A stretch of DNA of 64,000 nucleotides from Myxococcota bacterium (GTDB taxonomy: Bacteria > Myxococcota_A > UBA9160 > UBA6930): assembly GCA_965223415.1 (NCBI GenBank), contig OZ245002.1:4032001-4096000 (forward strand), in the 5' to 3' direction. Under the pieces are notes generated by a model. That model was not told where the DNA came from and ran no database searches. It saw only the letters and a list, made by a program, of their open reading frames with translations. The translations under genes and the position numbers were made by a program. Below, piece after piece: positions 9,336 through 19,330 of this stretch (position 1 is the stretch's first letter; each line of letters starts with the position of its first letter).

Positions 9336-12317
9336 ATGATCTACGAGATCGGTGATCTTCGGCTCGACGCGGCCCGCTTCTCTCTCTCGAACGAGGGCAC
9401 GCCCATTCCGCTGGAGCCGAAACCGCTTCGGCTGCTCCTCTACCTTGCCGCCCGGCACCCCGCCGGCGCGACTCGCCAGCAACTCCTCCATGCGCTCTGG
9501 CCTGGTGAGCAAGTCACCGACTCGTCTTTGAGTCGAGCCGTGCATGTCCTGCGGGCCGCACTCGGGCCTGAGACACGCGCTCTCGTGGAGACCGTTCGTG
9601 GCCATGGCTATCGGCTGGACGCGAGCGTCAAGCGGGTCGCAAGCGATCCGCGGAGTCCCCAGCCTGATCCGTTCGTCGGCCGCCGACAGGAGATGATCGA
9701 GCTCCGCGCCATGCTCGAGGGAGCCGTCGCCGGACACGGCAGAACAGCGATCATCTGTGGAGAGCCGGGAATCGGCAAGACGCGGCTTGCTCGCGAGGTG
9801 TCCGACATCGCCAAGATCCAGGGATTCGATGTGTTGTGGGCTCGCGCCCACGAGTATGGGGATGCGCGGGCGCTCTGGCCGTGGTCTCAGATCCTGGAGT
9901 CGCTCGTGCAGAGGCAGGGCCTTTCAACGGTGGTTGCGTTGGCGGGGGAGCACGGGGCCATGCTCGGATCGCTTCTCCCCGAGCTTGGCGATCCTTCGTT
10001 CGCCGCCATCCGAGGTGAGAGCAACGATCGCGCCGCGCGAGTTCGCCTCTTCGACGAGATCGACAGACTCATTCGCCTGGCGGCCCGAGATCGGCCGATT
10101 CTTGCCGTCCTCGACGACATCGACCGGGCCGACGACGACTCGATCTCGCTCTTCAACTTCGTCGCTTCGTCGATTCGACGAGCGAGAGCCGTCGTCCTTG
10201 CCACATCCAGGAAAGACGACGCCACCGAGAGCCGATTCGCTGACTCGTTGGGACCAGCCGGCGAACCGGCCGCTTCGCGCGCTTGCTGGGTTCGGCTCGG
10301 CGGCCTGGAGCCGTCGGAGGCGCGCCAGGTGATTCGAGCGTATCGCGGTGAGGACGTCCCCGAAGGCATGGCTACGGGGTGGGTGGAGCGCGCCGCGGGA
10401 AACCCGCTCTTTCTTCGCGAGCTGGCGCGATCACCGGAGGAGCCAGCCCTGCCGAGGGGGGTGACTGCCGCGGTGGACAGGAGGCTCGCGCTGCTACCCA
10501 CGCGAACCCGGGAAGTTCTGGAGGCGGCGTCGGTCGCCGGTGATGACTTCGACCCCGTGCTCCTCGCGACCTCGCGAGCCGCGGACTGGGCCGAGATCCG
10601 GGCGATGATCGGGGACGCCCGGGTCGCTCACTGGGTGGAGCCGGTCGACGAAGCGCCTGGAGCGTGGCGCTTCGTCCACGATCTCCTCCGCGAAGCGGTC
10701 TACGACGGCGTATCCCCGACGAGGAAAGCAGCCCTGCACATGGCCTGGGCGGACACGGTCGAGAATCACGGGCCTCGGCGTCAACGGGCCGCCCGTGTCG
10801 CGCTCCACCTGGCACGAGGCGCCCGCTCCCGTGACGAGTTGCGTCGAGCCGCCTCGTGGGTGGAGAGGGCCGCGGACGAGTCCTCGGCTCAGCTCGCCTT
10901 CGAGGGCGCCGTCCGCCTCTACGACACCGCTCTCGAGTTCCTGACCCGCATCGACAAGGGAGGGTCGACCCGCGCCTTCAGCATGCGACTCCGGAAGGCC
11001 GTGGCCCTCGATCGCCTGGGTCGATCGCCCGAGGGTGACCAGGTTCGCTGGGAACTGCTGAGGGAAGCCAGCGGGCGTCGACTCCCTGGCCTGGTCATCG
11101 CGTCGGCGATCGGAATCGTGCAGCGTGCTTCCACGAGATCGAAGAGCGCTGAGGCCGTTCATTCACTTGACGAGGCCATCCTGACGCTGGCGGGAGTGCC
11201 GGACACGAGTGCCTTGGTTTCCCTCGCGTTGTCGCTTCGGGTGATGGCCGGCTACTGGGTGTCTCCCCAGGCGGATTCGACCGAGATGGCGGAGCGCGCG
11301 CTTCGCGGTGCGAGGGCCAGCGGCAATCGTCTGGCGATGCGCGAGGCTCTCAAGACTCGTCAATGGACTCTTGCCGCATCGCCGGACACTCACGGCGAGC
11401 TGGAGGTCACGAACGAGCGCCTGCGAACCGCCCTCGACAGCGGCGATCTGGTGGACGAGGCCTACAGTCGCTTCAACCTCGCCAGCATCGCGATCGAACT
11501 TGGCGACTCGAACGGCTTCGAACATCAACTCCGGCTGTGCGAGGCGGTCGCCGGGAGGTTGAGATACCACTTCGACCTGCGTTCGGAGGTGCTCGACGCG
11601 CGCTCGACCCAGGCGCTCTGGCGAGGAAAGGTCAAGGCTGCCGAGGCGCTGAACCGAAGGTATCGAGTCGTGGGTTCACGCCACGATCCCGAGCTCTCTG
11701 CCGCTCGCGCCGGCCTGAAGCTCTTCTCGATCCGTCGGGCACACGACCGGGCGCCGGAGCTGCTGGGTGGGTTGATGAACACGGCGGAGCAGCTCCTGCA
11801 CTCTCCCGAGCGGTCCCTCGTCAACACCAACCTCGCCTTGGCCTTGCTGGACGCCGGCAAGACCGACGAGTCGCACCTCGTCTTCAGCGATCTCGGCCGA
11901 AACGGATTCGACGGCGTCCCGCGTACTCCGATGTACCTCGTCGAGCTGGCGGGGTTGGCCGAGCTCGCAGCCAGACACCGCTGCGGAGCAGAGTGCGACG
12001 AGCTGTTCCGGCTCCTGCTTCCGTGGGCTGGACGATGCGTCCATGCCAGCACCACGATCGCCCTCGGATCGGTGGACCGAAGGCTCGCCCTCCTCTCTCA
12101 TGCGCGGGGAGACGGAAAGGGCGCAGAGCAGCTCTTCGAGTCAGCGCTCCTGATCGAGGAGCGGATGGGCAGTGCCATGGACGAGGCGCTGACTCGCTTC
12201 GACTACGCATCGATGCTGATCGATCGAGCCGCGCCCGGCGATCAAGTCATCGCCTTCGAACAAGCCGGAAGAGCACGGGAGATCTGCGATCGACTCGGAG
12301 CGCCATGCCGATCCTGA
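9336..12317 (+). CDS. OmpR-type wHTH + STAND (AAA) ATPase + TPR-like transcriptional regulator #1
   Basis: wHTH (LLHALWP...SLSRAVHVLRAALG...ETVRGHGY); FVGR; Walker A GEPGIGKT; Walker B VLDD; GNPLFL; helical C-terminus. Confidence 0.9.
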   Translation: MIYEIGDLRLDAARFSLSNEGTPIPLEPKPLRLLLYLAARHPAGATRQQLLHALWPGEQVTDSSLSRAVHVLRAALGPETRALVETVRGHGYRLDASVKRVASDPRSPQPDPFVGRRQEMIELRAMLEGAVAGHGRTAIICGEPGIGKTRLAREVSDIAKIQGFDVLWARAHEYGDARALWPWSQILESLVQRQGLSTVVALAGEHGAMLGSLLPELGDPSFAAIRGESNDRAARVRLFDEIDRLIRLAARDRPILAVLDDIDRADDDSISLFNFVASSIRRARAVVLATSRKDDATESRFADSLGPAGEPAASRACWVRLGGLEPSEARQVIRAYRGEDVPEGMATGWVERAAGNPLFLRELARSPEEPALPRGVTAAVDRRLALLPTRTREVLEAASVAGDDFDPVLLATSRAADWAEIRAMIGDARVAHWVEPVDEAPGAWRFVHDLLREAVYDGVSPTRKAALHMAWADTVENHGPRRQRAARVALHLARGARSRDELRRAASWVERAADESSAQLAFEGAVRLYDTALEFLTRIDKGGSTRAFSMRLRKAVALDRLGRSPEGDQVRWELLREASGRRLPGLVIASAIGIVQRASTRSKSAEAVHSLDEAILTLAGVPDTSALVSLALSLRVMAGYWVSPQADSTEMAERALRGARASGNRLAMREALKTRQWTLAASPDTHGELEVTNERLRTALDSGDLVDEAYSRFNLASIAIELGDSNGFEHQLRLCEAVAGRLRYHFDLRSEVLDARSTQALWRGKVKAAEALNRRYRVVGSRHDPELSAARAGLKLFSIRRAHDRAPELLGGLMNTAEQLLHSPERSLVNTNLALALLDAGKTDESHLVFSDLGRNGFDGVPRTPMYLVELAGLAELAARHRCGAECDELFRLLLPWAGRCVHASTTIALGSVDRRLALLSHARGDGKGAEQLFESALLIEERMGSAMDEALTRFDYASMLIDRAAPGDQVIAFEQAGRAREICDRLGAPCRS

Positions 12318-12345
12318 TCCGCTATTCGGCTATCCTCGAGCGGCA

Positions 12346-15345
12346 ATGCGTTTTCGGTTCCGAGACTTCGAGCTTGACACCGATGAGGTTGTCCTTCGAT
12401 GCGAGGGCGATCCGGTCAAGATCGAACCGAAGCCCCTACTGCTCCTGGTCCACTTGGCGCGCCGCCATCCTGCGAGTGTCTCGAAGGAGGAGCTCCTCCA
12501 CGCACTGTGGCCGAACGAGTACGTGGCCGAAGGGTCGTTGACTCGGGCTGTGCACGTTGCCAGACAGGCCCTGGGGCCGGCGGGCCGCCCCTTCCTCAAG
12601 ACGATTCGCGGCTACGGGTACCAGCTTTCCGGCGCCGTGTCCGAGTCACCGACGTCCCCCGCGGCTCCCCCCGCCGACAGGCCGTTTGTCGGGAGGGCGG
12701 CGGAGCTGGAGGCGTTGTCTGGTCAGCTTGCAGATGCGGAACACGCCAAGGGCGCCGTCTCGCTCCTGTCTGGCGAGCCGGGAATCGGCAAGACCCGGGT
12801 CGCCGAGGAGGTGTCGAAGATCGCGTCCGATCGGGGATTCGAGGTGGCCTGGGGTTCCGCGCGGGAAGGGGAGGGCGCCCCGGCACTCTGGCCGTGGGTT
12901 CAGGTCTTGCGGTCACTCGTTCGAGCTAGGGATCCCGTCCGGCTCGCCCAGGAACTCGGAAGAGGGGTCCCGGAAATCGCGGCACAGGTGCCCGAAGTCG
13001 TGGAGAAGCTCCCGAAGATCAGGATGCCCAAGGTCCTTCCGGCACAAGACCAACGGTTCCGGCTGTTCGATTCGGTGGCGCAGTTCCTTGCGCGTGCAAG
13101 CATGGCGAGACCACTTCTTCTGATCGTCGAGGACCTTCACGCGGTGGACGCGGCATCACTGCGGCTTCTCTGTTTCGCAGCGGCGGAACTCAGCGCGGCA
13201 CGAGTTGCGCTGCTGGCAACCTATCGGCACGTCGGCGCATCACGGAGCTCCGATCTCGAGAACGCGCGTGCGGAGCTTCGACGCCTTCCGAATGCCGCCG
13301 CAGAACTACGCTTGCCCGGCCTGAACGTGACGGAAGCCAGCTCCCTGCTGACCGCCCTGGGCCGCGAGGCAGGTGCCAGCCCCGAGATCGAGGCGCTCGT
13401 GTCGAGGACCGCCGGGAACCCGTTCTACCTGCTGTCGCTTGCCCGCGCCTCGAGCCCCGGAAGGCAGGCGAATCTCCGCGAGAGCCTCGAGCATCGTCTC
13501 TCGTCGGTCGGCAAGGTCTCGCGCTGCGTCTTGGAAATCGCGGCCGTCCTCGGTCGCGACTTCGAGATTCGCTTGCTCACTACTGTGCTCGGGAAGACCG
13601 CCGACGCAGCATGGCCCGCTCTCGAAGAGGCCGAGCGCGCTGGACTGGTCGCGCCCGTTCCGCAACGGTCGGTCCCAACGTGGAGCTTCGTGCACGCGTT
13701 AGTCCAGGAGGCCTGCTACGAGGCCCTCGGAACCCCCCGGAAGGCGGAGCTTCATCTTCTGTGCGCGGATGCGATCGAAGAGCGCCAAAACACACGAGAA
13801 ACGGAGCAGGGCGCTCCGGAGATTGCGCACCACCTGCTCCTTCACGTACGCAACGGCGATCCCCCGGAGCCAGTTCGCGAAAGGGCCGTCCGGAGTCTGC
13901 TTCGGGCGGCCGAAGAGGCCGCAGCGAGAACCGCCTTCGAGTCTGCCGCCCAACTGCTCGAATCCGCAGCCGAGCTGGCTTCATCGCGGCGCCGGCGCTT
14001 GCGCTACCTGTTCGAGTCCGCGCGGGCATGGAGCGCTGCCGGCGCGTTGGAGAATGCGAACGCCCGAGCTCAAGAGACGATCGATTCCACCCAGCACGAG
14101 GCGCATGTCGATTTGATGGCTGACGCCTTGCTCCTCATGCATGACCTGAACGAGAGCCCGATTCCCAAGGTGGGACTCGCAGGGCCCCTTCGCGAAGCGC
14201 TTGCAATGCTCCCGCCAGGCGATTTCGCTCGTCGCGCTCGAATCCTGGGCGCCCTCTCGAGCGTCCTTTATTGGGAGGGGGACCGGTCGAAGGCAAAGGA
14301 GCTGCGATTCGAGGCCATCCGATCGGCTCGCAAGGGAGGGGATCGTCGCCTGATCCTCGAGCTACTGGATCCCGTAACGCTCGGCGTGTTCTGGAACGAC
14401 GCTGAACTTCGGTCACTTGTCGAGGAAAAGGTGGCGATCGCCGAGCGGCTCGGAGATCCAGTGTGCTCGTACACCGCCGAGCTGGCGAACCTCCACTGGG
14501 AAATGAGGCGCGGTGAAGTGCCTCGGATACTCACCCAGGCCGAACGCCTCACCCGGTCGGCCGAGCGGCTCGGTACGCCTCGTCATGCCGCGGCCGGCCT
14601 GCGCGCCAGCGCTGCAATCGCGCTATGGCGCGGGGACCTCGCACGGGCTGAGGAGCTGGCGAAGGCGGCCCTTCGCGAAGGTAGACGTAGCGACTCGGTG
14701 CGAGCGATGATGGCGGCGGGAATTCAGATGTTCTGGATCCTGCGCTTTCGGGGTGACCACGCGAGCCTTGAAACGGCGGCGCGTGAGGGAGTCGAGCGCT
14801 GGCCGGCGGTGCGAACCTACCGGGTCTCGCTCGGCCTTCTTCTAGCGGACCGTGGGCGCCTGAGCGAGGCACGCTCTCAGCTGGAGGCGGCGGACCTTCG
14901 GTCACTCCCTGAAGACACGATGTATGCGTTGAACCTCGCGATGGCATCCGAGCTCTGCGCTAGCGTCGGCGACGCCCAGTTGGCGGAGCATCTCTACTCC
15001 AGGCTGGAGCGGCTCCACCCAATTCTCATCCACTCCTTGGAGGACGTGGCCCTTGGCTCCTCCGGGAGATTCCTCGGCCTGCTCTCGCGTCACATGGGAC
15101 GCTTGGACGCGGCGGAGACGTGGCTCGAGGAGGCGTGCGCGTTCGAGGTCCGAGCGAGTGCGCGTCCATTCGAGGCGCTCGGGTGCTACGAGCTTGCCCA
15201 GCTCCTGGTCGAGCGCGGCGGCCCCGGGGACCATGAACGGGGCAGGCGACATCTCGGCCGCGCGCTCGCGATCGCGAGGGAGGTGGGAATGATCCCCCTG
15301 GCCAGGCGCGCCGAGCGGCTGTTCGGTCAGAGGGAATTGCAGTAG
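12346..15345 (+). CDS. OmpR-type wHTH + STAND ATPase + TPR-like regulator #2 (paralog)
   Basis: MRFRFRDFELD; KTIRGYGY; GEPGIGKT; IVEDLH; GNPFYL; FVHALVQE. Confidence 0.9.
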   Translation: MRFRFRDFELDTDEVVLRCEGDPVKIEPKPLLLLVHLARRHPASVSKEELLHALWPNEYVAEGSLTRAVHVARQALGPAGRPFLKTIRGYGYQLSGAVSESPTSPAAPPADRPFVGRAAELEALSGQLADAEHAKGAVSLLSGEPGIGKTRVAEEVSKIASDRGFEVAWGSAREGEGAPALWPWVQVLRSLVRARDPVRLAQELGRGVPEIAAQVPEVVEKLPKIRMPKVLPAQDQRFRLFDSVAQFLARASMARPLLLIVEDLHAVDAASLRLLCFAAAELSAARVALLATYRHVGASRSSDLENARAELRRLPNAAAELRLPGLNVTEASSLLTALGREAGASPEIEALVSRTAGNPFYLLSLARASSPGRQANLRESLEHRLSSVGKVSRCVLEIAAVLGRDFEIRLLTTVLGKTADAAWPALEEAERAGLVAPVPQRSVPTWSFVHALVQEACYEALGTPRKAELHLLCADAIEERQNTRETEQGAPEIAHHLLLHVRNGDPPEPVRERAVRSLLRAAEEAAARTAFESAAQLLESAAELASSRRRRLRYLFESARAWSAAGALENANARAQETIDSTQHEAHVDLMADALLLMHDLNESPIPKVGLAGPLREALAMLPPGDFARRARILGALSSVLYWEGDRSKAKELRFEAIRSARKGGDRRLILELLDPVTLGVFWNDAELRSLVEEKVAIAERLGDPVCSYTAELANLHWEMRRGEVPRILTQAERLTRSAERLGTPRHAAAGLRASAAIALWRGDLARAEELAKAALREGRRSDSVRAMMAAGIQMFWILRFRGDHASLETAAREGVERWPAVRTYRVSLGLLLADRGRLSEARSQLEAADLRSLPEDTMYALNLAMASELCASVGDAQLAEHLYSRLERLHPILIHSLEDVALGSSGRFLGLLSRHMGRLDAAETWLEEACAFEVRASARPFEALGCYELAQLLVERGGPGDHERGRRHLGRALAIAREVGMIPLARRAERLFGQRELQ

Positions 15346-15415
15346 TCGCAACTTCCCTCGACCGGAACCAACCGACTCCGCCCGTGTCCAGAGGGGCGTC
15401 TCGCATGCGCGGAGG

Positions 15416-16789
15416 TCACGCTGGCGCGTCTACCTCGTACACTCTCACCGGGTAGTGCAAGCCCTTCACCGCGATCTCTCCGCGTGGCTCGCAGGAAACG
15501 CGGTCCCTCACGAGGGCCCAGGTGGTGTGACTGATCAGCACTCTTCCCGGGGCGCAGTGATCCTGGATGCGAGCCGTGAGGTTCGTCTGATTGCCGATTG
15601 CGGAGTACGTCTTCCGACCCTCGGAGCCGAAATCGCCGACGCTCGCGACGCCGGTGTTGATCCCGACGCGGATGCGAAAGGGTGTTTCGATCCCCTCCGA
15701 GAACCACTTCTCACCGAGCTCCGACATGCGCGTCTGCATTGCCAGTGACATCTCGACGGCACGCATCGCATGGTCCTGGTCGCAAGTGGCCTCGGGAGCA
15801 CCGAAGAACATCATGATCCCGTCGCCGACGAACTGGTTGACCGTGGCACCGAACCCGGCGGCGATGCTCGACATCTCCGAGAGGTACTCGTTCAGGAGAG
15901 AAGCGAGGTCCTCGGGCTCCATCTGGTCGGCCGCCTGCGTGAATCCGACGACATCCGAGAAGAAGAGCGTCAGCTTGCGCCGCTCCGGGCGGCCGTCGGC
16001 GGCATGAGCCCCGGAGAGAATCCGCTCGGCGAGTTGCTCCGGGATGTACCGCCGGATCACGCCGTTGGCCTTCGCCAACTGGCTCCGCGCCTCGGCAAGG
16101 GCCGACTCGCGGTCGTGCCAGCGGTCGATCACGAGGTAGATGATCGTGGCGCAGAACAGGAACAGCAATGCGGTCACGCCACCGGTGTTGAACAGCCAGG
16201 AGGAGTGCAGCTCCCCGGATCGGTAAGGGGCTTCCCGGAAGAGCGGTGCGTAGGGGATGAGGCCCAGTCCTTCCATCACCCCGAGACCGATCAAGCCCAG
16301 GAGGATGGCGCCGGCCGCAGCGTTCATGGCGCTCTTCTCGAAGAGCACGAAGCCGATGGCGAGGCAGGTGATCACCACCAGGCCCGCGAACAGGCTCGTG
16401 ATGTGGCCGAAGAAGTAGGACCCGTAGAGGATCTCCCATACCGCTAGAGCCAGGGTTCCGAAGATCAGTCCCGGGGGAGTCCGGCTCCGACTCCGCGCCG
16501 CCAGGGAAGCGATCGCCACCAAGGCCCAGGCGCTGATCGTGAGCGTCTGCACCCTCAATGCGGTGGGGAGGAATCCCACATCCATGTAGGGCGCGGAGTC
16601 CGGATGAAGGCGCACGTAGGACCAATCGGCCCAGTACCAGAGCGTGGGCGTCAGGAACGCGACCGCCACGAAGAGGCACTTGCTCGCTCCCGTCCATGCC
16701 ATCGGGTCGCGGAGAGCGCTCCAGGCGGCGGTGGTGGCGGCCGACCCAGCGCCCCCTTCGCGTTCCTTGCCCGATTCGGGAGCTCTCAT
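15416..16789 (-). CDS. Membrane-bound class III adenylate/guanylate cyclase
   Basis: About 6 hydrophobic helices, then FSDVVGFT, QFVGDGIMMFFGAP, RVGINTG, IGNQTNLTARIQ, VKG. Confidence 0.92.
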   Translation of the reverse strand: MRAPESGKEREGGAGSAATTAAWSALRDPMAWTGASKCLFVAVAFLTPTLWYWADWSYVRLHPDSAPYMDVGFLPTALRVQTLTISAWALVAIASLAARSRSRTPPGLIFGTLALAVWEILYGSYFFGHITSLFAGLVVITCLAIGFVLFEKSAMNAAAGAILLGLIGLGVMEGLGLIPYAPLFREAPYRSGELHSSWLFNTGGVTALLFLFCATIIYLVIDRWHDRESALAEARSQLAKANGVIRRYIPEQLAERILSGAHAADGRPERRKLTLFFSDVVGFTQAADQMEPEDLASLLNEYLSEMSSIAAGFGATVNQFVGDGIMMFFGAPEATCDQDHAMRAVEMSLAMQTRMSELGEKWFSEGIETPFRIRVGINTGVASVGDFGSEGRKTYSAIGNQTNLTARIQDHCAPGRVLISHTTWALVRDRVSCEPRGEIAVKGLHYPVRVYEVDAPA

Positions 16790-17070
16790 CGATATGACGT
16801 CCCGGCCTCGCAGCCACCGCGGGAAACCCGTCCGAGCGAATCCCTGCTCGACGGTTCAGCCATCCCTCACCCGGGGATGACCGTAGCAGGTATCCACCTG
16901 GCTCCGGCCGGCGGTGCTCCGAGATCAGCATGCGTAGAGAAGGCGAAAGCGCCCTGGAGCGATGCGTTTCGGCTGGGTTCCTCGGCGGTGTTCGCACTCA
17001 CGTCGTAGGGCGCCGTCTCCCGGCCACCCCCATGGAGGTTCGTGGCGGCGACCATGTCGGATCGGGGCTA

Positions 17071-18282
17071 GTGTCCTGTTTCGGAAAAAAATACGCAAAA
17101 TAGTGCGAACTCCCAACGTGCAGGGGGCATCTTACCGGCATCACGTTGGGGGGACGTATGGCGAATCGTGGCCGGCCCAAGACGCCGATTGTGCTGACGG
17201 ATGCGGAGCGAGAAGAGCTCCAGACGCACGCCAGAAGGCGGAAGAGCGCGCATCAGTTGGCCTACCGCTCGCGCATTGTATTGCTCGCAGAGCAGGGGCT
17301 GACGAATGGGGAAATCGCGGAACGCGTAGGCAAGCGACGAGAGACCGTCGGGATCTGGCGCAAGCGCTTCGTCGAAAAGCGGATCGCTGGGCTCTACGAC
17401 GAGCCCAAGCCGGGAGCGCCCCGGACGGTGACCGACGAGCAGGTCGATGAGGTCGTGCGCTTGACGCTAGAGGAAACGCCCACGGGAGCGACGCACTGGT
17501 CCGTTCGCCTGATGGCGAAGCGGGTAGGCCTCCCGACGACGACGGTTCATCGCATCTGGCGAGCATTCAGCCTCCAGCCGCACCGAGTCGAGCGCTTCCG
17601 GCTCTCCAACGATCCCCATTTTGTGGACAAGGTGGTGGATATCGTCGGCCTGTACATGTCTCCGCCGGCGAACGCGGTCGTCCTCTGCGTCGACGAGAAA
17701 TCGCAGATCCAAGCGCTGGAACGGAACCAGCCTGTCTTGCCGATGCAACCGGGCCGGGCGGAGCAGCGCACACACGGATACCTACGCCATGGCACGACGA
17801 CACTCTTTGCCGCACTCAACATCGCAACGGGCGAAGTGATCGGATCCCTCCATCGCCGGCACCGCACGGAGGAGTTCCTGAAGTTCCTCAGGACGATCGA
17901 CGACAACGTACCCGCCGAACTCGACATCCATCTCGTGCTCGACAACTACACCACGCACAAGACGAAGCGAACTCGGAGCTGGCTCGCGCGCCACCCTCGT
18001 TTCCACGTGCACTTCACCCCGACGTACAGCTCATGGCTGAATCAGGTCGAGCGGTTCTTTGCACTCATCACCGAGCGTTGCATCCGTCGCGGCGTGCATC
18101 GCAGCACGAGGGCGCTCGAGAACGACATCCGGAGCTTCCTGAAGACGACGAACGACGATCCGAGACCCTTCGTCTGGACCAAGACCGCGGATCAGATCCT
18201 CGCGAGTGTGCGGCGCTACTGTGGTCGCGTCCTCGACGTCCACTCCGATTCTAATCGAGTGGTTTCTTCTGGAACAGGACAC
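17071..18282 (+). mobile_element. IS630-family insertion sequence (apparently intact)
   Basis: TIRs GTGTCCTGTTTCGGAAAAAA / GTGTCCTGTTCCAGAAGAAA; TA duplication at 17069-70 and 18283-84. Confidence 0.92.
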
Positions 18283-18285
18283 TAG
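17158..18285 (+). CDS. IS630 transposase
   Basis: HTH N-terminus; DDE motifs [25 protein letters not shown]. Confidence 0.95.
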   Translation: MANRGRPKTPIVLTDAEREELQTHARRRKSAHQLAYRSRIVLLAEQGLTNGEIAERVGKRRETVGIWRKRFVEKRIAGLYDEPKPGAPRTVTDEQVDEVVRLTLEETPTGATHWSVRLMAKRVGLPTTTVHRIWRAFSLQPHRVERFRLSNDPHFVDKVVDIVGLYMSPPANAVVLCVDEKSQIQALERNQPVLPMQPGRAEQRTHGYLRHGTTTLFAALNIATGEVIGSLHRRHRTEEFLKFLRTIDDNVPAELDIHLVLDNYTTHKTKRTRSWLARHPRFHVHFTPTYSSWLNQVERFFALITERCIRRGVHRSTRALENDIRSFLKTTNDDPRPFVWTKTADQILASVRRYCGRVLDVHSDSNRVVSSGTGH

Positions 18286-19076
18286 CGGCGGCGCCTCCCC
18301 GCCATGGCGAGAGCGGCCAGACCGACGCCGAGGAGGAGCAGTGTTTGCGGCTCCGGAACGGAGGAGGTGAAGTTCAGGCGAAGGGCCGTCGCGCTCGCGG
18401 TTCGACTGTTCTGGGTGTCGCACGTGCCCAGCCTTCCCCTGCATACCGAAAGAACGATCGGCGCCACGAGCGTCACTGAGCCGCCGCCGCCGGCGGTGAG
18501 GTTGAACGAACCCGTCGTCGCGAACGACGGCAGGGCTACGCTCATGTGGGTCGCTCCGCCGATGGTCGTCGTCGTGCCGAAGAGGGACGCGAAGACATAG
18601 GAGCCCGGACTCCAACGGAAGAACGAAGCGGCTATGGAGGCCCTCGATCCGAGGAAGGTCGTGCCGAATCCCGTCGTCACACCGCTCGCGCCGATGCTGA
18701 GCGGGATGGACCAGAGCTGCACCGGCAGCGTGGCGTCCTGGACCAGTCCCAGTTTCCCTGCAACTCCCGGGAAGGCAGAGGCGAAGCCCGCCGAGTAGGC
18801 CACGATGGTCTGGCTCCCTCCAAGGGTCTGCGTCGTGGTGAACGGCCACGGGGAGCCGGGGACCACAGTCGTGAGCGACACTGGCGTCAGACTGATGCTC
18901 GCCGTGATCTGGCTGCCGGTCGAGTTGCCCGTTGCAAGCAGGCTGCCGCCAGCGGTGGTCAGGGTGAACGGCGAGCCCTGGAAAGAACCGAACCAGGTCG
19001 CCGAGGACAGGGTGCCAGCCGACGCCGTGGCCGCGCTGACCAGCACGGTCAGCACGAGAATCATGGACTTGCGCAC
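18282..19076 (-). CDS. PEP-CTERM sorting-domain surface protein
   Basis: Signal peptide; Ser/Thr/Gly-rich body; C-terminal [33 protein letters not shown] before GTG. Confidence 0.92.
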   Translation of the reverse strand: MRKSMILVLTVLVSAATASAGTLSSATWFGSFQGSPFTLTTAGGSLLATGNSTGSQITASISLTPVSLTTVVPGSPWPFTTTQTLGGSQTIVAYSAGFASAFPGVAGKLGLVQDATLPVQLWSIPLSIGASGVTTGFGTTFLGSRASIAASFFRWSPGSYVFASLFGTTTTIGGATHMSVALPSFATTGSFNLTAGGGGSVTLVAPIVLSVCRGRLGTCDTQNSRTASATALRLNFTSSVPEPQTLLLLGVGLAALAMAGRRRR

Positions 19077-19172
19077 TTGTCGTTCTCCTGGCCCGTGTCG
19101 AAACTCGGCGCCACGACTGAGCCTCCGGTGGTCGATCTGCAGCCGCCAGACTAAGCATCCGCATGGCCCGGC

Positions 19173-19193
19173 GACCTTACGGTTTGCTGATCA
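19173..19193 (-). promoter_or_regulatory. Shared upstream motif (copy 3, before PEP-CTERM gene)
   Basis: Identical to 7696-7716; TAGTCT -10-like hexamer 22 nt downstream of TAAG. Confidence 0.7.
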
Positions 19194-19330
19194 TCGGATC
19201 GGAGCGGCCCCCCGCGTGCACGGGAGTGTTCGGTACGGCGGGCGCTGGATCGTCCACCCGCCGCGAATTCGGGGTCCGGCTTCCCCTCGGGGGCAGCGCT
19301 CCGCCCCTGCTCCTACGGCATCCTGCTCAT

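Noticed and set aside
9336..16789. STAND ATPases plus cyclase as an Avs/Pycsar-type antiphage system
   Set aside because: The N-termini are DNA-binding wHTH domains rather than nuclease/TIR/protease effectors, and no cyclic-nucleotide-binding effector gene is adjacent
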